Origin: Candidatus Iainarchaeum sp.
Lineage (GTDB): Archaea; Iainarchaeota; Iainarchaeia; Iainarchaeales; JAFCCJ01
Assembly (NCBI GenBank): GCA_043816965.1
Contig: JBDRHK010000028.1
Span: 1 to 38,458 of the forward strand
DNA: 38,458 nt
Direction of reading: 5' to 3'
Positions 1-9,622 of this stretch are shown in pieces. A model generated the notes under the pieces. It was not told where the DNA came from, made no database searches, and saw nothing but the letters and a program-made list of their open reading frames with translations. The translations under genes were made by a program, and so were the position numbers. The first letter of the stretch is position 1. Every line of letters starts with the position of its first letter.

Positions 1-71
1 CGCAGTTTCAGCTCTTCCTCTAAAAGCTTCTTCCTGAACTCCTCGCTTGGAGGAGGCATAAAATCAAACAT
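1..71 (-). CDS. Hypothetical protein, N-terminal part only (runs off window)
   Basis: GGAGG SD then ATG at 71; reads MFDFMPPPSEEFRKKLLEEELKL, open to the window edge. Confidence 0.6.
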   Translation of the reverse strand, partial: MFDFMPPPSEEFRKKLLEEELKL

Positions 72-389
72 GGGAATCCTCCTAATACTAGTAAATACTA
101 TGGATTCCGGAGTATTTAAACATTCTGTTATGTAGAAGATAATTGTTTAGTCCGCAAATAGTCTATTCTTCGATATTTAATTCCTTCAGCAGCCTGTCAA
201 CGCTTGCCATTGTTTCTCTTTCGTCAGTGTCTCGGTTCTTTCTTTGCTCCTCCCTTCCCTTCCTTATAATTCTCCATAAACTCTTCCACAAACTTGCTTA
301 TCGGGAGCCGACCTCACTGACTTTGGGGGTCTGTTCGCCCCCGTCCCTTTTTGTAGTACCACGAGTCCCTGTCCCCTATCTTCATAAAA

Positions 390-1019
390 TCAACTGTTTA
401 TCTCATCATCTAATTTTTTTTGAAATTCCTGGATTTTCAAGGATGCCGCTTTCCCCCACACTCCTGTGGTTTCAATTGAGCTGAGGTCTTGGCACATTTG
501 ATCGAAAGAAAGCTCCCAATAAATCATTCTTTCTCTGAAATTTTCATAAGTTTCCTCTTTTCCCATTTTTATGTTTGCAACATCCATCCTGACTTTTGCA
601 AGTTCCCTGGCCTGTTCTGCGGGAATGAGGCTCCACTGGACAAAAATACCCTGTCTGCCCCTCTTGGCTAACCCAGGATATATATTGGAAAGTCTAATCT
701 TTTCTTTAATCTCTTCCTGGAATTCATCGATTTTTCTCCAGATTTCATCAGGACCCCTGTTTTTCTCCTCCATTCCCTTCACCTCGTTCAGAAGGCTTTC
801 CGCCGCACGTGGCAGCTCTAAACCATTCTTCATTTTGAACGGAATCTGGCGAGATTCCCTGTACCATTTAGCTACGAATTCGATGTAAATAGAGGCCTCT
901 CTGTTGAACCCGCGAACCTCCACAGTTAACGGCTTGCCCCGCCTTCCCCTTATGTGGTCTATGGCCCTCGGACCCTTTCCTTTCTGGTTGTTCCCACAGA
1001 AACCTTTTCGTGCTCTCAT
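390..1019 (-). CDS. Hypothetical protein (209 aa, basic N-terminus, helical)
   Basis: Long E/K-rich ORF with an AT-rich TATA-like motif ~25 nt upstream; no motif recognised. Confidence 0.65.
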   Translation of the reverse strand: MRARKGFCGNNQKGKGPRAIDHIRGRRGKPLTVEVRGFNREASIYIEFVAKWYRESRQIPFKMKNGLELPRAAESLLNEVKGMEEKNRGPDEIWRKIDEFQEEIKEKIRLSNIYPGLAKRGRQGIFVQWSLIPAEQARELAKVRMDVANIKMGKEETYENFRERMIYWELSFDQMCQDLSSIETTGVWGKAASLKIQEFQKKLDDEINS

Positions 1020-1049
1020 AAATAGAGTATGAAAAGATAGTATTTAACC

Positions 1050-1367
1050 TTATTCCAGATTCTTCAATTTCAAAAAGCACTGCTCGCAGATGTATTTTTC
1101 CTTGAAATCGATTCCGTTCTCATTGTGGTCGTTGCATAGGATGCACATCCTGCCCCCGGAAACAGTTCGGGAGTTGGCCCAGTCATACATGAGGTCCCAT
1201 TTAACCCATTTTGGCAGGACCAGTTCCTGCAGCACCCTCTGGTCATTTTGCTGAATCCTCTTCAATTGGTTTGGGAGAATGGTCCTGTGCAGGTTTTCCA
1301 TCCACTTGACCTTCTCCATATCTCCCCTTCGGAAGAAATTCATCTTAGTTTCCTCAAACACGCCCAT
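1050..1367 (-). CDS. Hypothetical protein with C-terminal zinc ribbon
   Basis: CILC...ICEQC (two CxxC); ATG at 1367 preferred as start. Confidence 0.75.
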   Translation of the reverse strand: MGVFEETKMNFFRRGDMEKVKWMENLHRTILPNQLKRIQQNDQRVLQELVLPKWVKWDLMYDWANSRTVSGGRMCILCNDHNENGIDFKEKYICEQCFLKLKNLE

Positions 1368-1422
1368 TTTAACCAATTCTATAATGTTTCCAAGCCTTAA
1401 TTAATCTTTGTTTTTGGGCAGA

Positions 1423-1680
1423 TTATTCATCAAATATAATCTTCTCAATCTCTGCCTTCATCTTAACATTCAATGAGACATGCAGCCCATAGCCTGTCGG
1501 CTTCTTCACCACAAAACCTTCCCTGATAAGCTGCTCCAGTTCCTTTTTAACATCCTTCCATAGTTCTTTCGGAAAACCCTTTGGAATGTTATCGAAAGCA
1601 GTGTGCTTAGATTTCCACCAGTTATGCCTGGCCATTTTACGCAGAATCCGCCTTCTAATCTCAAAAGGAGAAAGTTTCAT
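1423..1680 (-). CDS. Small wHTH-like protein (HTAFDN...YGLHVSLN family), copy 1
   Basis: Clear paralog of 25406-25684 (HTAFDN, LIxEG, KKPTxYGLHVSLN). Confidence 0.85.
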   Translation of the reverse strand: MKLSPFEIRRRILRKMARHNWWKSKHTAFDNIPKGFPKELWKDVKKELEQLIREGFVVKKPTGYGLHVSLNVKMKAEIEKIIFDE

Positions 1681-1756
1681 TTATTGAAACATTAAGCGTA
1701 AAATATTTAAACTTAATTAAACTATTTATAATATTATTAATCAGGCAGGTTTGTAC

Positions 1757-2092
1757 ATGGTTGAAGATAAATCTCTTTTTGTTGAATTCTTCGGGGACTA
1801 TCCAATAATAAGGGTCCTTGATTTTCTGATAGAGAACGACATTTTTGATTACAGCAAAAAGGACATTTGCAGGAATGCTGATGTTTCATGGAACACTCTT
1901 GAGACTTTCTGGAGCAAGCTTGAGGAAAAGGAAATAGTAAGCTACACCCGAAAGGTAGGCAAGGCAAGCATGTACAAGGTTAACGCCAAAAACCCTATAG
2001 TAGGGCAGATAATCGAACTTGACAATAAACTGATGAAGAAATCAATGGAAAAAGTTGGCTCAAAAAGGAAAAAGCTTAAGGCGCATGCATAA
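1757..2092 (+). CDS. Winged-helix DNA-binding protein, divergent partner, copy 1
   Basis: DYSKKDICRNADVSWNTL HTH plus wing; paralog of 25746-26066. Confidence 0.85.
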   Translation: MVEDKSLFVEFFGDYPIIRVLDFLIENDIFDYSKKDICRNADVSWNTLETFWSKLEEKEIVSYTRKVGKASMYKVNAKNPIVGQIIELDNKLMKKSMEKVGSKRKKLKAHA

Positions 2093-2170
2093 TGCCAAAT
2101 TAACAATCCATTTTCCCAAACCTCATTTTTAAATTAACTTCCCCCCAAAAGTAACAATAAGGTGAAACAA

Positions 2171-2677
2171 ATGAAAAAAGCAGTATTTGTGGTATCTCAA
2201 AATATGTTCCGTGATGAGGAACTCTTTGAGGCCAAGGAAGAGCTGGATAATGCGGGAATTGAAACAAAGGTGGCGAGCCTAACAAAAGAAACCGCGACAG
2301 GTAAACTGGGCGGAACCGTAAAGCCAGACCTTGCAATTAATGAAATTTCCGCAAAGGATTTCGACGCAATTGTTTTTGTCGGGGGAGGGGGCTCAACAGT
2401 TTACTTCGGCAACCAGGCAGCATTGAAATTGGCGAGGGAATTTTTTGAAAAGAAAAAGATTGTTGCCGCAATCTGCATTGCCCCAAGCATCCTTGCAAAC
2501 GCAGGAATTCTCAAGGGAAAGAAAGCAACTGTTTTTGGAACCGAACACAGAAACATTGAGGAAAAGGGGGCAACCTATACAGATGAGCGTGTAACTGTCG
2601 ACGGGAAAATAATAACTGCAAACGGCCCTGCAGCGGCCCACGAATTCGGTCAGAAAATAGTGGAAGCCCTTTCCTAA
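2171..2677 (+). CDS. DJ-1/PfpI family protein
   Basis: FRDEE, FVGGGG, AAICIAP nucleophile Cys, IITANGP; GGTGA SD at 2161. Confidence 0.92.
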   Translation: MKKAVFVVSQNMFRDEELFEAKEELDNAGIETKVASLTKETATGKLGGTVKPDLAINEISAKDFDAIVFVGGGGSTVYFGNQAALKLAREFFEKKKIVAAICIAPSILANAGILKGKKATVFGTEHRNIEEKGATYTDERVTVDGKIITANGPAAAHEFGQKIVEALS

Positions 2678-3096
2678 TCCAGGTTAACGGTTCTCTTCCC
2701 CTGCCTCAGCTTGTTCCTGTTTGAATACTTAATCAAGTAGTGTGCCGTGCTTTTCGGAACCCTTGCAAGTTTTTCAATCTCCCTATAGGACCTTTCATCC
2801 CTGTGCAGTTCAACAATCTCCCGCACTTTGGAAAGCGGCAATTCAACAGCCCTTCCCCTCCTTGGCCTTACTTTCAGTTCTGCCCCTGCTTCCCTGATGG
2901 CTTTCCTCTCGTTTCCGCTCAGCCTCCCCTGGCAGGATTCAGAAATCGTTATCAATTTAGTTCCTGTTTTTTTCAATATTGCCCTCAGCTTTTTTGCAGG
3001 AATCGGCCTCACAAGATGGATGGAGTCAGCATCCTTTGGAATTGCGGAAACAAGGGTATGGGGGTAAATTGAATAGTTCATGAATGATTTAGGCAT
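2674..3096 (-). CDS. DUF1699-like protein with C-terminal HTH
   Basis: IHLVRP N-domain, RRGR linker, SYREIEKLARVPKSTAHYL HTH. Confidence 0.65.
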   Translation of the reverse strand: MPKSFMNYSIYPHTLVSAIPKDADSIHLVRPIPAKKLRAILKKTGTKLITISESCQGRLSGNERKAIREAGAELKVRPRRGRAVELPLSKVREIVELHRDERSYREIEKLARVPKSTAHYLIKYSNRNKLRQGKRTVNLD

Positions 3097-3132
3097 TATT
3101 CCTTTAAATTCATTTGCAGCCCCAATTTTAGA

Positions 3133-3735
3133 ATGCCTGAAAATAATGCGGTTCAGGGGGCGATAAATGCCCTCAAAAATGGGGAAATTATCATTCTCCT
3201 GGATGATGAGAAAAGGGAAAATGAGGGGGATTTTGTAATCGCCGCAGAATTTGCCACCCCTGAAAAGGTGAATTTCATGCTTCGCTATGGAAGGGGGATT
3301 TTATGCGTTTCAATCCCTGAGGAAAAGGCATCCTCTCTTGGTTTAACCCTACTTGAGAAAAAGAATTCCCGTTTTGGAACCCCGTTCACGCAGCCAATAG
3401 ATGCATTGGGAGAAACTTCCACAGGAGTTTCCGCCTCAGACAGGAGCAAAACAATAAAACTCCTTGCGGATGATTCCGCAACTGAAAATGATTTCATGCA
3501 GCCAGGTCATATCTTCCCGCTTGTCGCAAGAAAGGGGGGAATAAAAGAAAGGCCAGGCCATACTGAAGCCTCGCTGGAAATTGTAAAATTAGCAGGGCTA
3601 AAACCAGCAGCGGCAATCATAGAAATCCTGCAGGAAAACGGTGAAATGGCAAGGCTCCCGCAATTGAAAGAAATCGCAGAAAAACACAACCTGAAAATGA
3701 TTTCAGTTAGGGAACTTTTGGAATTTATGAAGTGA
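3133..3735 (+). CDS. ribB: 3,4-dihydroxy-2-butanone 4-phosphate synthase (stand-alone)
   Basis: DDEKRENEGD, TGVSASDR, PGHIFPL, RPGHTEA motifs. Confidence 0.95.
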   Translation: MPENNAVQGAINALKNGEIIILLDDEKRENEGDFVIAAEFATPEKVNFMLRYGRGILCVSIPEEKASSLGLTLLEKKNSRFGTPFTQPIDALGETSTGVSASDRSKTIKLLADDSATENDFMQPGHIFPLVARKGGIKERPGHTEASLEIVKLAGLKPAAAIIEILQENGEMARLPQLKEIAEKHNLKMISVRELLEFMK

Positions 3736-3742
3736 TAATTTT

Positions 3743-4912
3743 ATGTCGAGCCCGATAAAGTTTTTGGATAAAAAGCAAAAAGAAATAGAAAAATTCACAC
3801 AATCCCTTATTCAGGTAAAATCAGTTAATGGAAATGAAACTCCTGTTGCTGAACTGATAAAAGAAAAACTAAACGATTATGGGATTAAATCAAAACTTAT
3901 CGGGAAGAATAGCAAAAGAAAAAACCTTGTTGCCAAAATTAAAGGGGTCAGCGGCAACAAAGCCCTAATGTTTAATGGCCACACCGATGTTGTTCCTGCA
4001 GGCGATATTAAAAAGTGGAAATACCCGCCATTTTCAGGAAAAATTTTAGGGGGGAAAATTTTTGGCAGGGGCGCAAGGGACATGAAAGGCGGAGTTGCAG
4101 CACTAACATATTCTGCAATCGCATTAGTTGAATCATCTTCCGAGCTAAATGGCAAAATTACACTTGTTTTTAACTCAGATGAAGAAAGCGGCAACCATTC
4201 AGGGATAAGGGAAGTTTTGGATTCAGGAATAACTGCGGATGCATGCCTTGTGGGAGAACCCATGAAAGATAAAAAAATTAAGATTGGCTATCGGGGCATA
4301 TATCGATTCAGAATAGTCACAAGAGGCCAAACAAGCCACACAGGGCATGTCGGGGATAAAGGTGTAAATGCGATAACAAAAATGGCAAAAATTCTGCTTG
4401 CATTGGAGAAATCAAAACCAAGATATCTAAAGAATAAACTGCTGCCCCCGCCCGCAATAAACGCAGGGACTGTAATTAGGGGAGGGATAGCAATAAACAT
4501 AGTCCCTGATGAATGTGAGGCATTGGTTGATTGCAGGCTTAGTTTAGGCCAATCAAAGAAATCTATTAAAGAAGACATTTCAGATGTTTTAAGAAATCTC
4601 AAGAAAAAAGACCCGGAGATTAGTTATGGGATTAATAAGTTGGCATATGTTCCGCCTTTTATTACTGACAAGAAGGAGCAAATTGCAAAAATTTCTGTTA
4701 AGAATGCAAGAAAAATTTTGGGCAATAGATCCGGCTTTACTGTATCTGGTGCGGTATCTGATGGTAATCTCCTTTCTGCAAGGGGAATCCCAGTAGTATC
4801 TTTCGGTGCGGACGGGGAAAATACGCATTCAGAAAATGAATTCGCATACACAAAGAGTCTAACAAATGCCGCAAAGATTTATTCATTAACTGCACAAGAT
4901 TTCCTAAAATAA
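3743..4912 (+). CDS. M20 family metallopeptidase/deacylase (ArgE/DapE-like)
   Basis: NGHTDVV, GRGARDMKGG, DEE, GEP, HSENE. Confidence 0.93.
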   Translation: MSSPIKFLDKKQKEIEKFTQSLIQVKSVNGNETPVAELIKEKLNDYGIKSKLIGKNSKRKNLVAKIKGVSGNKALMFNGHTDVVPAGDIKKWKYPPFSGKILGGKIFGRGARDMKGGVAALTYSAIALVESSSELNGKITLVFNSDEESGNHSGIREVLDSGITADACLVGEPMKDKKIKIGYRGIYRFRIVTRGQTSHTGHVGDKGVNAITKMAKILLALEKSKPRYLKNKLLPPPAINAGTVIRGGIAINIVPDECEALVDCRLSLGQSKKSIKEDISDVLRNLKKKDPEISYGINKLAYVPPFITDKKEQIAKISVKNARKILGNRSGFTVSGAVSDGNLLSARGIPVVSFGADGENTHSENEFAYTKSLTNAAKIYSLTAQDFLK

Positions 4913-4913
4913 T

Positions 4914-5861
4914 TCATTCCTTTTTTTCCCTTCTCAGCCTTTTCAATGGATTTTTTTCCCTAATCACTTTTGTGGTTGCATATCTCAGGCCCTGCGCAAT
5001 TTCCATCTTTTTCAGAGGATCCTCAATCTTCTCAAACACCCCTGGCGAGGTTTCCCTGACCAAAGGCCCGCTCCACACAATATTTTCCTTATTTCTCAGG
5101 CTCCTGAGCAGTTCCCCCTCATCAAGTTCCATATCCCTATGCCTGATTTTTATCATGCCTGAGCCAATCCTCTCGGCAGAATGGGCATCACTTCCGGCAA
5201 CAACAAAATCGGCAATATTCCCAAGTTCAATTGCAGAGGCACACCTGTTCACAACCTCAAGGCTTTTCTCATCAATCTTCCCGCCCAGTTTGCTCCCGAT
5301 TTTGCTAAGCCTCATTTTCCTTGACACAATATTCTTCTCAAGAAATGAAAGGAAATTTCTAGGCCTCCTTATCCATGCAGAATCATAGATGAAATTGCTG
5401 AGATGCCCTATCATGCCATTGTAAACCTCGACCCCTAATTTGTTCTTAATTATCATGTCCTCAACATCCTTGGCATCAAAAAAGAAGCCAAGGCTGTCAT
5501 TTGAAAATCCCATTGGGTGGGAAATGCAAATCATGATATTATTCTCCCTTCCAAGCCTTATTACATCCTCAAGGGGAACATCCTTTTTCATGAATTCCTC
5601 AATCTCATAAATTTCCGGGCTGTGTGAGTATGCGAGAATATGGCCTTTGTCTGAATTAATTTCAATTCCCGGAACAAGCAGTTTCCCCTCAGGCTTTTCA
5701 GCCAGCAATTCCTCATAGGCCTCTTTCGGCCTGAAATCGGCATGCTCTGTGATGGCCGTTCCATCCAAACCTATTTCTAGAACCCTTTCCCAGTATGTGC
5801 TGGCCTTAAACTTTTTCTCGTTTAAATGGGTGTGCAGGTCAAAGCTAAATGTATTCCTCAT
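4914..5861 (-). CDS. PHP-domain metal-dependent phosphoesterase
   Basis: DLHTH, ITEH, PGIE, GHILA, SHP, EVYNG, GSDAH. Confidence 0.88.
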   Translation of the reverse strand: MRNTFSFDLHTHLNEKKFKASTYWERVLEIGLDGTAITEHADFRPKEAYEELLAEKPEGKLLVPGIEINSDKGHILAYSHSPEIYEIEEFMKKDVPLEDVIRLGRENNIMICISHPMGFSNDSLGFFFDAKDVEDMIIKNKLGVEVYNGMIGHLSNFIYDSAWIRRPRNFLSFLEKNIVSRKMRLSKIGSKLGGKIDEKSLEVVNRCASAIELGNIADFVVAGSDAHSAERIGSGMIKIRHRDMELDEGELLRSLRNKENIVWSGPLVRETSPGVFEKIEDPLKKMEIAQGLRYATTKVIREKNPLKRLRREKKE

Positions 5862-5980
5862 TCACCTATATAAGCTGCTGATTTATTAAAAATTAACGCA
5901 TTAAGGCCAAAATAGATTAATTCTGGCATGCCAGCCTATTTCAATCAAATTTATATATAACCTCGCTTATTGTACATTTC

Positions 5981-6280
5981 ATGCACAGGATTTCGGTCAT
6001 GACAGAAAAAGTTTTCCTTTCCTCAAAAATAGAGGAGGAAATCCTCGAAATTGTCAGGGAAAACTGGCCAACCTCTGCCCTTGAAATAGCTGAGCATTTA
6101 GGTGAGGGCGTATCAACACGCGAGCTGCAGCGAAAGGCGTCAACCAAATATTCCTACTACTTAAAAAAACTAATCCGAAAAAAGATTTTGGTTTCAAAAA
6201 AGGCTGGCAACACAATGATTGTCTGGCCATTGGAAGTTGAAAAATACCGCACCATCCACTCAATCCTGAAGGGGGACTAA
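5981..6280 (+). CDS. Winged-helix transcriptional regulator
   Basis: ILEIVRENWPTSALEIAEHL...YYLKKL plus wing; TTTATATA ~30 nt upstream. Confidence 0.8.
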   Translation: MHRISVMTEKVFLSSKIEEEILEIVRENWPTSALEIAEHLGEGVSTRELQRKASTKYSYYLKKLIRKKILVSKKAGNTMIVWPLEVEKYRTIHSILKGD

Positions 6281-6282
6281 AA

Positions 6283-6846
6283 ATGCTTAACAGCTTTTTC
6301 GACAAATTTATTTTCACAAATGGATTAAGATACATCCACAATAACTTCTTCCTGATAAACATGCCGTTTGTGATAGTCCCAACAGAGCTCCTTATTGGGA
6401 TTGTTGCGCAGGGGGATTTGGAAATCAACACCAATCTTTATTATTCTGTTAAGGATTCAATGCGAAAAAACCTTTCAAGGCAGTTTAACCTTGATTTTGG
6501 CATGCAGGGAGACAGGGCATTGACCTTTGTGAGGAATTTCTTTTCCGCCTCTGGATGGGGCGGGATTAAGATAATCGATTTTGACCCAGAGAAAAAGCGC
6601 GCAATTATAGTTGTTTCCAGTTCTCCGATAGCAACTGCCCTCCATGGAAAGGCAAAGGAACCTGTGGACCATTTCCTCCGCGGGGTTTTTGCAGGCATTT
6701 TCTCCAATTTACTGAAAACCGACCTTGACTGCCTTGAAACCAAATGCGCGGCAATGAACGACAAGGAATGCGAGTTCATAATAAAAGAGGCCCATGAATT
6801 TGATTTCAACAAAAAAAACGCGAGAAGGCAGCTGAAGGTTGAATGA
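6283..6846 (+). CDS. V4R (4-vinyl reductase) domain small-ligand-binding protein
   Basis: SGWG, PVDHFLRGVFAG, ETKCAAMNDKECEF. Confidence 0.88.
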   Translation: MLNSFFDKFIFTNGLRYIHNNFFLINMPFVIVPTELLIGIVAQGDLEINTNLYYSVKDSMRKNLSRQFNLDFGMQGDRALTFVRNFFSASGWGGIKIIDFDPEKKRAIIVVSSSPIATALHGKAKEPVDHFLRGVFAGIFSNLLKTDLDCLETKCAAMNDKECEFIIKEAHEFDFNKKNARRQLKVE

Positions 6847-6949
6847 TTATTTCAAATAATATATGCTCATTATATTGAACATATGTATTTTTTATTGTTA
6901 TTTTAAAATATAGATACTATTTAAATATACACTTGTCCATTAAGTCAAT

Positions 6950-7498
6950 ATGCTGGACCAATATGTAATTGTTAAAGCAATTGAGGCAATAACCTCGCAA
7001 CCGAACAAAAGTTTTTCGGTGAGGGGCCTCGCATCTGCAATTAGGATAAGCCCCGGTTCTTCCGGAAAGGCACTGGATTTTATGGCGAAAAAAGGGATTG
7101 TAACCCTTAAAATAATAGGCCGAAGCTATCAATACAGGGCAAACCTTGAAAGCTCCTTGTGCAGGCAGTGGAAAATTCTATTTAACCTTGACCTGCTTGC
7201 TGATTCCGGATTTACCAAGGAAATAACCAAGAAAATCCCGGGTCTGCACTCAATTCTCCTATATGGCAGTTTTGCAAAGGGGACAAATGATGGGAAGAGT
7301 GACGTAGATATTCTTGTTATTGCCAGCAAAAAACCGGCAAAACGGCATGGCTTTAGGAGCAAACTGAAAAGGGAAATTAACCTTTCAATCATTAGCCTCA
7401 AAGAATGGAAGGTAAAATCTGAAAAAGAAAAGGTTTTTTATGAAAACGTAATTTATGATTCAATCGTTTTGCATGGAACAAGGCCGGTGGTCCTGTGA
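6950..7498 (+). CDS. HTH-fused minimal nucleotidyltransferase (MNT antitoxin)
   Basis: N-terminal HTH; LYGSFAKG...SDVD (GS-x10-DxD); stop overlaps HEPN start (GTGA). Confidence 0.9.
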   Translation: MLDQYVIVKAIEAITSQPNKSFSVRGLASAIRISPGSSGKALDFMAKKGIVTLKIIGRSYQYRANLESSLCRQWKILFNLDLLADSGFTKEITKKIPGLHSILLYGSFAKGTNDGKSDVDILVIASKKPAKRHGFRSKLKREINLSIISLKEWKVKSEKEKVFYENVIYDSIVLHGTRPVVL

Positions 7499-7917
7499 AT
7501 GTTGAGGATTGCATAAATGATGGTTTGCTGGTTAAAGTAAAAGCGGATGTTGAAAAGGCAAAAATGTCCCTGCAAATGGCAGAACACAAGATAGAATTGG
7601 CAGAAAAGGAATTCGAGCACGAAATCTTTGAAAACGCAATCATCAGTGCTTATACTTCGATGTTCCATTCTGCAAGGGCGCTCTTGTTCAAGGATGGCTT
7701 TAAGGAAAGAAGCCATTTTGCAATTTTTGTTTATGTGGACGAGAAATACTCCTCTAAAATCGAGAGAAAATACATCAATGAATTGCAGGCGCTGAGGATG
7801 CAGAGACATGAGCTTATGTATGGCCTTAGAAAAGGCCCTGAAATTGAGGAATCAGAAGCCGATTCCGCGATTAAGATGGCGAAAGGCTTTCTTGAATCTG
7901 TTGGAAAGATGGTTTAA
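7495..7917 (+). CDS. HEPN domain protein (UPF0332-like toxin)
   Basis: AYTSMFHSARALL, RSH, RHELMY; directly follows MNT. Confidence 0.9.
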   Translation: MNVEDCINDGLLVKVKADVEKAKMSLQMAEHKIELAEKEFEHEIFENAIISAYTSMFHSARALLFKDGFKERSHFAIFVYVDEKYSSKIERKYINELQALRMQRHELMYGLRKGPEIEESEADSAIKMAKGFLESVGKMV

Positions 7918-7931
7918 ATGAAATGCGGCAG

Positions 7932-9578
7932 CTAAAACAGCCCGGTTATTTTCCCCTTTCCATCAACATCCATTTCCATTGCAGCAGGCTTTTTCCCCAA
8001 TCCCGGCATTGGATTCATCTTCCCTGCATAAGCAACCAAAAACCCTGCCCCTGCACTAACCCTCACTTCATCAACCTTAATCCTAAATCCTTTTGGCCTT
8101 CCCAGCTTTTTCCCATCATCACTCAGGCTCAGGGGGGTTTTGCTCATGCAGATTGCCAGCTTCTCAAAACCATTTCTTGTCAGCGCCCTTATATCACTTT
8201 CCGCAGATTTCGTATAATCAACCCCGTCAGCACCATAAATCTCCTTTGCAATTACCCCAATCTTTTCCTTGATTGATTTATTCAGCCCATAAAGGAATCT
8301 AAATTGGGTTTCCCTTTTGCACAACTTCACAACTTCTTTTGCAAGTTCGGTTCCGCCCTTTCCCCCCTGAGTGAAAATTTTAACAGAAATTGCCTTAACT
8401 CCCATTCCCTTGCAATAATTTTTAACCAGCCTTTTCTCCTCAGCAGAATCATCCGCAAACTCATTCAATGCAACAACAACAGGCAAGCCAAATTTCCCAA
8501 TATTTTCAATATGCGCTCCCAGATTTTCCAGCCCTTTTTCAACATATTTCAAATTCTTTTTCTTATAATTTTCCACACCTCCATGCCTTCTCAATGCACG
8601 GATAGTGGCAACCAGCACCACAGCATCAGGCGTCAATTTACCCTGCCTGCACTTAATATCCAGAAACTTCTCAGCACCCAAATCACTTCCAAACCCTGCC
8701 TCTGTAACAGTATAATCTGAAAGCCCGAGAGAAATTTTAGTTGCAATTATCGAACTGCAGCCATGTGCAATATTTGCAAAAGGCCCGCCATGGATTATTG
8801 CCGGGGTGCCCTCAATTGTCTGCACAAGGTTTGGGTTAATGGCATCTTTCAGCAGCATTGCCATTGCCCCGGCAATTCCCAAATTCCTGACTGTAACCGG
8901 TTTCCCCTTTTTATTAAATGCAACAACAACATTCCCCAATCTTTTCTTCAGTTCCATCAAATCCTGGCTTAAGCAAAGAATAGCCATTACTTCTGAAGCA
9001 ACTGTTATCACATAACTTTCATCCCTGCCCCCTATTCCTGCATTAATCCTTATGTCCCTCAATGCCCGGTCATTCATATCCACACATCTTCTCCACAAAA
9101 CCCTATTTGTGTCAATCCCCAGTTTATTCCCCTGAAAGATGTGATTATCAATAACTGCAGAGCACAAATTGTTTGCGGCACCCATTGCATGAATATCTCC
9201 TGTAAAATGCAGGTTGATATCCTCCATTGGAAGAACCTGAGAATAGCCGCCGCCCGCAGCCCCGCCCTTAATCCCGAAAACAGGCCCTAAAGAAGGCTCC
9301 CGCAAACAAACTGTAGTTTGCTTCCTAATTTTGTTCATCGCCTGCGCAAGCCCAATGCTGACAGTTGTTTTCCCTTCCCCTGCTTTTGTGGGTGTAATCG
9401 CAGTCACAAGAATAAGTTTCCCTTTCCTCTTTCCCAATCTCTTAAGCAAGCTTGCATCAATCTTCGCAATATGCTTCCCATAATGCTTCAAATACTTCTC
9501 CCCAACACCCAGCCTTTTAGCAATTGCATCAATTGGCTTTAGTTTAACAGAATCAGCAATCTCAATATCCTTTCTCAA
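7932..9578 (-). CDS. fhs: Formate--tetrahydrofolate ligase
   Basis: TPTKAGEGKTT, GIKGGAAGGGYSQV, HGGPFANIAHG, EAGFGSDLGAEKF; TTG start. Confidence 0.97.
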   Translation of the reverse strand: MRKDIEIADSVKLKPIDAIAKRLGVGEKYLKHYGKHIAKIDASLLKRLGKRKGKLILVTAITPTKAGEGKTTVSIGLAQAMNKIRKQTTVCLREPSLGPVFGIKGGAAGGGYSQVLPMEDINLHFTGDIHAMGAANNLCSAVIDNHIFQGNKLGIDTNRVLWRRCVDMNDRALRDIRINAGIGGRDESYVITVASEVMAILCLSQDLMELKKRLGNVVVAFNKKGKPVTVRNLGIAGAMAMLLKDAINPNLVQTIEGTPAIIHGGPFANIAHGCSSIIATKISLGLSDYTVTEAGFGSDLGAEKFLDIKCRQGKLTPDAVVLVATIRALRRHGGVENYKKKNLKYVEKGLENLGAHIENIGKFGLPVVVALNEFADDSAEEKRLVKNYCKGMGVKAISVKIFTQGGKGGTELAKEVVKLCKRETQFRFLYGLNKSIKEKIGVIAKEIYGADGVDYTKSAESDIRALTRNGFEKLAICMSKTPLSLSDDGKKLGRPKGFRIKVDEVRVSAGAGFLVAYAGKMNPMPGLGKKPAAMEMDVDGKGKITGLF

Positions 9579-9622
9579 TTAATCACTATAATATTCCATT
9601 TGAAATGGTTAAAAATCTTCTT

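Noticed and set aside
163..385. Possible small minus-strand gene(s) (MKIGDRDSWYY... and ...MASVDRLLKELNIEE*)
   Set aside because: Frames are interrupted by stops and nothing is recognisable; cannot tell a pseudogene from noise
6861..6884. Imperfect palindrome ATATGCTCA-N6-TGAACATAT upstream of MNT-HEPN
   Set aside because: Plausible operator, but it is in a very AT-rich context ~65 bp from the start; ordinary TA autoregulation at best
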